Assembly (NCBI GenBank): GCA_951406725.2
Contig: OX597815.1
Span: 103,044,001 to 103,108,000 of the forward strand
Direction: 5' to 3'
DNA from: Octopus vulgaris
Lineage: Eukaryota
DNA length: 64,000 bases
A program made the position numbers and the translations under genes. Shown one piece after another: positions 54,440-64,000 of the stretch (position 1 is its first letter; each line of letters opens with the position of its first letter). Below the pieces are notes generated by a model. That model saw only the letters and a list, made by a program, of their open reading frames with translations. It searched no databases and was not told where the DNA came from.

Positions 54440-55817
54440 GGAAAGGGTCAGCTGTTTACAGACAGCAGACTAAGGTGATACTTTATTGGTCATGCTTTAA
54501 GTACCAACCCAGTGAAGAATTCTTGCAATTTCAAGGATTGTTGATTTTTGTAGCTGTACGATCTTTACATTTGTACCAATCATTTTCGGCCATGTTGATA
54601 TTTGAGTACTGAGACTTCCAAGTGCGCCAATTACTATTGGTATCACGTCTACTCTCCTCATTGACCTCATACTTCATATTTCCCACTTCAACTCGTCCTA
54701 ATTGTTCAGTTACGGTTCTTTCTTTTTGATCTTGTTGTCATCGGGACATGCTATGTCGAATATCATGCAAGTTCTCTCTTTTTTATTCACCACAACAACG
54801 TTCGGTTTCCGATCTCTGGACAGGTGGTCGAACTGAATCATTGCATCCTACAGGATTTTGTAATTTTTATTCTTGGTGACTCCTTCTGAGGTTTGCTCAT
54901 ACGACGTCTTTGCTCTTTGTAGGCTGTGATAACTAAAGAACTCACAATGGCTCATTCTTGCCACGTTGTCATGTTGTCTTTTCTATTCGCGTTGTGTCAA
55001 TTTCGGGGCATTCGCTAACGATGTATCATATCGTTTCACCCCACTCACCACATATTCTGCATTTTTCGCTTGTGCCAATTTCGGGGCATTCGTTAACGAT
55101 GTATCATGCAGTTTCACCCCACTCACCACACATTCTGCATTTTTCGCTGCCGGTAGTGTTGTTGATTTCGCTGCCGGTAGTGTTGTTGTTGAAGCACATA
55201 TAAGTGCTTCTGTCTTTATCTTTATGTCACTTCTCATCCATACCCACCGGTCTTCTGCATCTGTCTTGGCATTGGTATCTCTTGCAAACTGGCCGCATAT
55301 TTCTTCTTCTTCCATACCGTTTCTCTTTTTGTGTTGTTTTCCTCTTTAAGTTTTTCTTTCTTACCACAATCAGTTTTGATGACGCCAACCTTCTTCACGT
55401 GTTTCAAAAGTAGTCCCGGTGTATTCTTTACATACACCCCTAAGCTGTTTTCTTCTGCTTCGCTACAATTCTGGCAACTGATCAAACCTCTCCCACTGTT
55501 TCTTCTGGATAAGTACAGCTTATCGGTATCACTCTGAGGGCGAAAGGCTCCGTTTACTGTCAACCGTTTTCTCAATTTTGTATACATGTTCATCAGTTCT
55601 TTTATACTTTCAGCTCCATACCGAAGTAATGCTATCACTCTTCGAATATATTTCATCCACAGTTGCTTTTTCATGTCCTTCTGCATTATCTCGTTGAACT
55701 CTAGTATGTCAAGGTAATTGTAGCCATCCTTTCAAATTTGTTTCATCAATTCTCTATTAGCTAATTCTATCCCTGCTATGGACTGTTACTTGCCCATTTT
55801 CAGGTACATTATACCAC

Positions 55818-55822
<5 letters not shown>
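54440..55822 (-). mobile_element. Decayed 5'-truncated R4/Dong-like RLE LINE
   Basis: KLYLSRRNSGRGLIS, EENSLG, GQFARD, SDIKIKTEALIC, RHDNVAR, RKPNVVVVNKKERTCMIFDIACP, VIGALG; 75-bp internal tandem duplication near 54995-55150; 5' end abuts (TAA)n. Confidence 0.88.
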
Positions 55823-55861
<39 letters not shown>

Positions 55862-55862
55862 T

Positions 55863-57303
55863 ATGTTTGACTTTTGCTTTATATTTGTACAAGTTGGCTC
55901 CAAGTCTCACCCAGAGACCTCAAGAGACAACAGGGTTGGAAGTTCATGTTGTTGTTATGCCTAGTGTGCCATATATTTGGGGGGTGGGGATGTTGTACTA
56001 ATGAATGTCTAAAAATAAAAAAAAAAAAAAAAAAGGTTTTTTTTTTTTTTGGTTTTTTTTTTAAACCGAAAATTATGTTTGTTTTAAACCTTGAGATTAC
56101 ATAGAGAGTATTTTGCGTAGGATATGAGCAGTTCCCATGAGCACTATCTTTTGAACTTCTGCCATTTTTGGGTTTCCTGGTATCTGAGTTAGGTAGCTAT
56201 CAGCCCCTTTTGCTATCATTCCCAGGGCACCTATGACAACAGGTATTGTTTTAGTCTTCAGCTTCCACATTTTGCTGATTTCTATTTCAAGATCTTTATA
56301 TTTGCTCAGTTTTTGGTAGGTCTTGACAGATACGTTTATATCGATTGGGACAGTCATATCAATGAGGAGGCATGTTCTTTGTTTGAAGTTTTTCAATATG
56401 ATGTCTGGCCTATTTGCATCTATCTTCCTGTCAGTTTGAATGGTGAAGTTCCAGAGGAGTGAGATGTGGTCATTTTCAAGCACTGGGGGTGGTTTGTGTT
56501 CCCACCAGTTTTTTTCATGGGGCAAATCCAGGTTTTTACAGATTACCCAGTGAATATATTGTGCAGCTCTATCGTGCCTGTTGAGATACTCTGTAGGCGC
56601 TAGAAGACTGCACTTGGAGACCACATGGTCAATGGTTTCATTTTGTTGCTTGCATACACGACACGTTGGACTGCTTCTGATCTTTAATATGTTGGCCTGG
56701 TAGTTTCTTGTTGGTAGGCATTGATCTTGAGCTGCTATGATAAACCCCTCTGTTTCAGATTTTAAGCCAGAGGCCATTAGCCATTGATGGGTCAGGGCTT
56801 TGTCGATATCTGCATTATTCGCTCTCTTTGGGTATTTGCCATAGAGAGGTTTTTCTTGCCATTTATTATTCAGAATATCTAAGGCCGCAGTTTTGGCACG
56901 GGTTTTCATGCGCCTAGCTTTTTCTGTGCTTGTTTCTTGTATATCTATCTCCGAAATTGGTTGTATTCGGAATTCACTTAGATATTCCTTTGCCTGTTTT
57001 GTGACTGAGTATGATGCTTTCTTGTTTTCATGTTTTGAGACAAGTTTTAGCATCCAGTCCTCAGAGTTTTTCAGGTAGGTGTCTAGGCCAATTGTAGCAA
57101 TCTTCATTGTTATTGCCAGTTGCAAAAGACCACGGCCTCCCTCTTTTCTTGGCAGATAGAGTCGTTCTGTATCTGCCTTAGGGTGGTGCATTCTATGCAT
57201 TGTCAACAGTTTCCTTATTTTTCTGTCGAGCTGACATATTTCAGTAATTGACCAGTTAACAATATTGAAACTGTAAGTCACGACTGGTATAGCTAATGCA
57301 TTG
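55863..57303 (-). mobile_element. 5'-truncated R4/Dong-like RLE LINE with an open 394-aa C-terminal frame (56097..57281)
   Basis: RLYLPRKEGGRGL, AAQDQ, CCHC finger CRVC...HVVSKC, RHD, NRPDII...LIDMTVP...KYKDL (PD-(D/E)xK); both ends lie in (TAA)n. Confidence 0.95.
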
Positions 57304-57375
<72 letters not shown>

Positions 57376-57663
57376 GAGTGAGAGAGCAGTGCATGCCATC
57401 AATGTGACACTGGGGTAAAATATACGAAGCCCAATATACCCATCATGACTACGCGTCTGATAAGGGTACACCAGGCACATGCATCACAACCATATGTGCG
57501 CGACATGGTGATCTCATATCAAGATACACAGCACATGACCTTGCAGGTGGGGCCCAATTAGAATTTTCTTCAGGTTGAGTATCCCATCCCGCTCAAAAGG
57601 TCCCTGAATAAGGGTTGTTTAAGGATGTTGAAAGAACCACCCATGTTTCCAGAGGTGAATTAT

Positions 57664-57665
<2 letters not shown>
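57376..57665 (-). mobile_element. 3' UTR fragment of another (TAA)n-associated retroelement family
   Basis: Bounded by (TAA)n on both sides; gtgagagagca.tgca and aaggtccctgaa...ccatgtttcc are shared with 59938-60305. Confidence 0.7.
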
Positions 57666-57727
<62 letters not shown>

Positions 57728-57737
57728 TTTTTTTTTC

Positions 57738-59720
57738 TTCTTTCAAATTTGCTTCCATTTCTTGCCGAGTGTCTTCACGACTCCTAGGGCAAAGAAACTC
57801 ATAGTATATATTGGTAGGCCATTAAACCAAACTCAGTAGTTCGTTCATTTTTTTAAATATTTTTTTTTTAAGTTAAATTAAAATACATGAGCAGCAACAG
57901 TTCTCACATCGACATGCTCTTCTCAATACGTGTGATGTACCAGTTAAGACAATCTTTTGCACTTCTTGCAGGGATGGTAAGCCAGGGATCATTCTCATAT
58001 AATTTTCGGTTCCCTTCTTGATCATTCCTAGTGCTCCTACGATCACTGGTATTGTAACCGCCTTGAGATGCCACATTTTCTCAATTTCAATGAGTAGGTC
58101 TTTATATTTTCTGAGCTTGTCAAACTCTTTCGCTGAGATATTATGATCACAGGGGATGCTCATGTCGATCAATAAGCAAACTTTATTGTTTTGGTCTTTC
58201 ACAACAATATCTGGTTTATTGGCCTTGATGGTTCGGTCTATATGTACTGGAAAGTCCCACAGAATGGTTACATTTTCTCCTTCAGTTACAGCCTCAGGGT
58301 GGTGATTATACCACTTGTCGGCAGTTTTGATATTGTAATGCCGACTAATTAGCCAGTGGAGATATTGGCCAACTCTGTCATGTCTTAATTTATACTCCAC
58401 TGGTGCTAAGACTTTACATCCAGAGATTAGGTGGTCCACTGTTTCAATCATGTCGTTGCAGAATCGGCATTTTGGGTGTGCTCCATTTTTCATCACATTG
58501 GCCTGGTAGTTCCGGGTTAATAGGCTTTGATCTTGAGCAGCCAGGATGAAACCTTCGCTCTCTGCTTTTAGCCCTGAGCTCCGTAGCCACTGATGGGTTT
58601 GCTTCTGGTCAACATCAGCTTGTTTGCTGCGGGTCACATATTTGCCGTGCAGAGGTTTCTCCTCCCACCTATCAGCCAATTGCTCGTGCGCTTTTTTCAT
58701 TGCCATCATTTTCACCTTCTTTGCAACAATAGTTGCCGTACTTCCCTCGGGTTGTTCAGTTTGGGTATCCTGCACGAGATCAATAGCAATTTTTTTGCTT
58801 TCCTTTATGATAGAATGAAGCTTCTTTCGTCTCTCGTGATTTTCCACGAGCTTTAGCATCCAGTCATTCGATATTTCGAGATATTTGGCCAGTCCAATTG
58901 TGGTTGTTTTGTAAGCTAGTTCAAATTGGATCAGGCCTCGACCTCCTTGGGCTCTGGGAACGTAAAGGCGATCTACGTCTGCCTTTGGGTGGTGCATCCT
59001 ATTACAACTCAGCAGCTTGCGTATTTTCCTATCTATATTCTTTACTTCACTCATATTCCAGTTCAACACATTGTAGCTATAAGTAACAACTGGAACTGCT
59101 AAGGAATTTATAGCTAACACCTTGTTACGTGCATTTAGTTCAGATTTCAGGACTGCACGAACTCTCCTATAACATTCCTTCCTGATTTTCTCTTTCATGC
59201 TTGCATGCTGAATACTAGAGCCTTCATTTATCCCTAAATATTTGTATGTTTGTTCTTGCTCAAGCTCTCTTATGACTGTGTCAACATCTAACACGACTGA
59301 ATTTGTGGTCTTCACTTTCCCTTTCTGGAAAGTGGCCTTGGCACACTTCTCAAGTCCAAACTCCATCCCGATGTCATCGCTGAATGCTTTCACGGTGCGC
59401 AATAGGCCTTCAAGTTCATTATTGTCTTTACCATAAAGTTTTAAGTCATCCATATAAAATAGATGGCTTATTTTTATTTTATTTATTTTTTTTTATTGGC
59501 AATTTTATACCCATACCCTGTTCTGTTTAATTCACTTGTAAGGGGTATTAGGGCTTTGCAGAATATTAAAGGTGAAAGTGAGTCACCTTGAAAAATTCTA
59601 CAGTTGATGTTTATATTTTCTGAGGCAAGTACTCCATTAGAGTGGTATAATTGGAGATTCGTATTCCACAACGACATATTGTGCTTCAGGAAGTTTGAAA
59701 TCACAGGGGAAATTTTGAAG
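57738..59720 (-). mobile_element. 5'-truncated R4/Dong-like RLE LINE with RT C-half, CCHC finger and RLE (ORFs 59483..59704 and 57873..59453)
   Basis: IFQGDSLSPL, ISHLFYMDDLKL, YKYLG, RLYVPRAQGGRGL, CRFC..HLISGC, RHD, NKPDIVV; frame broken at an A-rich run near 59470-59495; both ends lie in (TAA)n. Confidence 0.95.
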
Positions 59721-59725
59721 ATTTA

Positions 59726-59887
<162 letters not shown>

Positions 59888-59937
59888 TAATACTATTATT
59901 ATCATTACAAATATTATTATTATTATTATTACTACAA

Positions 59938-60305
59938 AGTGAGAGAGCAATGCACACCATCAAATTGACTCTGAGATAGTCAAGGTCCCTGAACAACGGT
60001 TGTATAAGGATGCTGAACAAAATATCCATGTTTCCGGGGGTGATTTATTCAAATCCCAAACAATTTCTCTCAATACATGACTATGATGCTTACCCTGTAC
60101 TCCTACTTGTAATGAAAGATGCACATATCGACAACCACTTAAGAACATGTTCATCTGCTTAAATCAAACAACTGACGAACAAATCTGTAGTATTGGGCTG
60201 AGTATTTACTGAAACCTATCTTTTACACCAAGACAAAACATTACATGATAGCACTTTCAATGTGTTAAAATCAGAATCTATATGAAAGCTATTGTCTGGT
60301 GCTGC
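59938..60305 (-). mobile_element. 3' fragment of the 57376 family
   Basis: Sequence similarity to 57376-57665, with an internal deletion; flanked by (TAA)n. Confidence 0.7.
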
Positions 60306-60819
60306 AAATATTATTATTATCATTATAAGGCCGGGCAGAGGTAGCAAATACATTTATCAAGTCCGTTATATAGTACGTCTAAATCGTTGTGCTTTGCCCC
60401 AGTTTAAGTCTGACTAAACTGGAGCGCCTACACCTCTACTTTCTGTGAAAGGGAAGCGTTCCAGTTGTAAGGCTATCCATTTGTTATCAACACCTGCATC
60501 TTGTGGCCCCTGATGTGCAGCCATGCACTGAGGTCACGAAATTTGCAGTGCTTCTCTGACGGTGAGCAGGTGAAGTCACTTTTTGTCGGATAATGCTTCT
60601 GCAACTCGTCTTTTTGATTAAGAGGCAGTCGCTGATCAAGTATAGACTCAGGTAGGGCGTGCGGCCGATTACATTTAACAAAATGTATTGTCGTATTTCA
60701 TTGTTTTGTTTTTAAATCTTATCGTCTTTTCGTCACCTGAACCATACGGACGTTGCTTCATGTACAACGGAAGCAAAAGAGGTGCTTTTGCTTTGGCATT
60801 GAGGATACGTTTTTGTTTA

Positions 60820-61118
60820 ATGATGATCATAATATCTCACCAAAAGAATTTGAGAAGCTCAGAAAGTACAAAGATCTACCCATTGAAATTGAAAAATATG
60901 TGGCATTTCAAGGTGTTTGCAATGCCAATGATAGTAGGAGCGCTATGAATGATCAAAAAAGGATATGAAAATCATTTGAGAATGAACCCTGGTTTACCAT
61001 CTCTGCAAGAAGTGCAAAAGATTGTTTCAACTGAAAAGATCTGTAGCGTTTAAATTAACGTGAGTTACTTTGCTCTAGGAGTCGGAAAAACACTCGACCA
61101 GAAATGGAAACAAGATTG
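60820..61118 (+). mobile_element. 3' fragment of the 57738 LINE family in the opposite orientation
   Basis: DHNISPKEFEKLRKYKDL...PGLPSLQEVQKIV and a matching 3' UTR, followed by (TAA)n on the + strand. Confidence 0.9.
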
Positions 61119-61175
61119 ATAATAATAACAACAATAACAACAACAACAACAATAGTAATAATAATAATAATAATA

Positions 61176-61234
<59 letters not shown>

Positions 61235-61235
61235 G

Positions 61236-61302
<67 letters not shown>

Positions 61303-61324
61303 TGATGATGATGATGATGATGAG

Positions 61325-61494
61325 TTTTTTATTGGCCACAAGGGTCCAAGGCACGGAGACAATATCGAACGACGAGTTACAACACAGAAAGATTAAAAAA
61401 CAAAACCTGTGGGGTTATCATTAATCAAGGGGTAAGACTACCAAATTAATGGATGCAACGGAGGATATACAATAGAAAGTAGAGAAACAAATAA

Positions 61495-61529
<35 letters not shown>

Positions 61530-62600
61530 ATAGACTCCCCATTAGTGGGATAGTCAACTTAGGGTAATCCGGGGTAAACCCCCCACACAAATCCTGCATT
61601 ACTCAGGCGTCTCCAAGTCATGGGAAATCTTCCCTCCTGCTTCCAGTTTCTTTTCTCATCTTCCCTTTCTTTTCTCCGGCTTTGAAAATCATATTCCGAG
61701 TAGATTCCTTCAGTCTCACCAGTCGTACCACTCTCGACCACCTCGAACACACTCGAACACACTAGAAGGCAGCACCTACCTCTCTACCCTCAGCTTCCTC
61801 TTCAAATGATATTTGAAGAAATTGATGAGGAATGTGTCTGTATTCACATATTTCAGACGGGTCCACCACACAGCCTCTTTTGCCACAGCCACTAAGTAGG
61901 GAAAGATCTGCCATCCATCTCTGCTAAGGGAAGGTGCTGCTTCGATCTTCACTATACACTCGGCAAACAGTTGAATTCATCTTACACACGACAACAGCTG
62001 CTCCACACAATCCCTCAACTCTATAATGCACGGACACTGAATGCAGGGCAGTTTCATCCCCCTTGTAAGCATTTCGGGCAGGTTCGGTTGTTAGAACTCC
62101 CATACCTAAAGAGCTTGTCTCGAACAGGCAATGCCTCTCTGTAGCATTGCCAAGCCAAAGACTTTTGAGAATTGTCCATGATCTTCGACCCGAAGTGCGG
62201 CGCCGCATCATTAAATATTGCATCCTAAGACCACGTAGGTGCGACTTTTCTGACCAGCGGAACCTGACCCTTATATAAGAATCGGAAAATAAGCGCTCCA
62301 ATCTGATTAGAGTTTTCTTAAGACAAGGTACGACGGCTAGGCATTCGCTACTTCCACCTAGCCTTTCAGCGACAGCTTCCTTTCTGACCATTTCTCTGTG
62401 AGTTTGGCCACCCTAGTCATGGCCTGCTCTCAGAATAATGATAAGATGGAATTTGGCCTCTCAAAATGTGCTTACGATGGTGATGAGACGCAGAAAACTT
62501 GTCAGGACAGAAGGTATACGTTTGCCATGTGGAGAGATGATGATGATTTGGAAACCTGATACGGCTGTAAAAACTGCTATGAGGTTCACCCTAAGGTAAC
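61325..62600 (-). mobile_element. L1/Tx1-like LINE ORF2 C-terminus and 3' UTR
   Basis: zf-RVT-like ETALH motif, VAKEAVWWTRLK...FFKYHLKRKLRVER; ends ccaataaaaa. Confidence 0.75.
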
Positions 62601-63166
62601 CCTACGTTTGACTGTTGAATTAAGAACCGTGAAAGTATATTATTTTAAAAACACTAATCGTAGGTGGCTTATGAATAAATAGCATCAGAGATTGTGTATT
62701 ATTACTGGTTACTAATTTAAAGATAATTAAGTATATAATTACTTGTGAAGCCAGATAGAAATATTCTTTGCGTAAATAAAGTTTTAATTTACATGTAGTA
62801 TCTTCATTCCATATGTGCTGCAAAAATGTTTAAATATATAGTTTTACGTATGGAGCATAATGGTTACTACTTGATATAGGAAAACTAGATATCACACGGA
62901 TATTTACCATATAAATTCAGGCAAATTCTATTTAAGTGGTACGTACTTAATTACAAATCTAGTGGAAGATAGATACATAGGGAAGTAGATAGGTAGAGAG
63001 AGAGAAAGTAAAAGAGAAAGCGAGAGAGAGGGATAATGAAAGGGTTATTTGCTTTTCCCCCAAAGATATCCAGGAAATCTTTCTTTGTATTTGTGGATCT
63101 TCGAGATCCATATTAATTTCTGCCCATACATTTTCGCATGCATGTGTGTGTGTTTGTGTGTACATA

Positions 63167-64000
63167 CGTAGTCTGATCAATAAATATCCGGACTGTTGCT
63201 ATAGTAACAAAGCTAAAGTACGCAGAGTGAAACTGCATGGCACAGACTGACCTTGAACTCTGCTGTGTGCAGCACAGTTTTACCTTTCTAGATCACTTCC
63301 TCTGTTTACAGCAGTGCTTAGAAGGAACGTGTGTAGCGTGTGATTGTCGCACTGACCGTAACAGAGAAAGTTGAACTGAGAACTGTATCAAATTTTTCTA
63401 AAAGCTTGGTGACACCTGCTCAGTGGCCTACGTAAAGTTTTCAAAAACGTTTTAATCGTTCTCGACACAATCAAGATTTTGTGCAACTAAAACCCGAGTG
63501 TCTTTTTTGTCAAATGAAAGCGGTTTGGTCACAAACTTGGCAGACACACGTCTCGTACCCAGTGATAATGGACTGAACTGAACCATAACTAATCTGCACA
63601 TCTGATGATAACTTACAGATGGTGATTCGACGATTTCCCCTTACAGCTGCACGTAGAATTGCGATGTTTTTCTCACTTCCACTGGTTGCGGGTCTCGTGA
63701 ATATTGCCATTTATTCGGCCATCTTGGAAACGTCTGAACGATTTGTACACTTGTGTGCGGCACATACACTCCTCTCCATACATTTTCTGCAACTCTGTGT
63801 AGGCCTCTGAGCGGGTATCGCCATGACAGCTTTCTTTGTTATGGTCAATGCGACGATCACACGCAACACACCTTCCTTCCAAGCACTTCTGTAAACAGCA
63901 GAAGTGATCTAGAACGTTAAAACATAGTGGGCATGCACAGCAGAATTCAAGTTCAATCTGTGTCGAGCAGCTTCATTCTGCGTGCTTTAGCTACATCACT
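63167..64000 (-). mobile_element. Mariner-derived element with two 5' ends (same family as 39146), cut by the window edge
   Basis: The left arm 63167-63440 is the inverted copy of the right end. Transposase N-terminus YGEECMCRTQVYKSFRRFQDGR...RPATS...NRRITICKL. Confidence 0.9.

Overview
AT-rich, microsatellite-saturated eukaryotic DNA that is intergenic or intronic. The SINE, LINE and simple-repeat make-up suggests a cephalopod (Octopus-like) genome; this is an inference. No host gene is confidently identified, and there is one candidate exon (about 12.7-13.1 kb, minus strand). The window is mostly a transposon graveyard: several Penelope-like element (PLE) fragments with hammerhead-like motifs, an internally deleted CsRn1-type Gypsy element with both LTRs, L1/Tx1, RTE and CR1/L2 LINE pieces, mariner/Tc1 relics, foldback and hAT MITEs, a decayed Helitron Rep, three tRNA-SINE types, and two clusters of restriction-like-endonuclease (R4/Dong-like) LINEs sitting in (TAA)n and (TACA)n microsatellites. 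The most notable items are: (1) a young, non-coding 549-bp tandem-plus-inverted unit at 7146-8278 carrying two variant hammerhead ribozyme folds (retrozyme-like or non-autonomous PLE); (2) a non-repetitive 2.6-kb stretch at about 21.9-24.5 kb with traces resembling reovirus-type RdRp motifs (speculative); (3) strand-consistent stacking of RLE LINEs into microsatellites. All boundaries were read by eye and are approximate.
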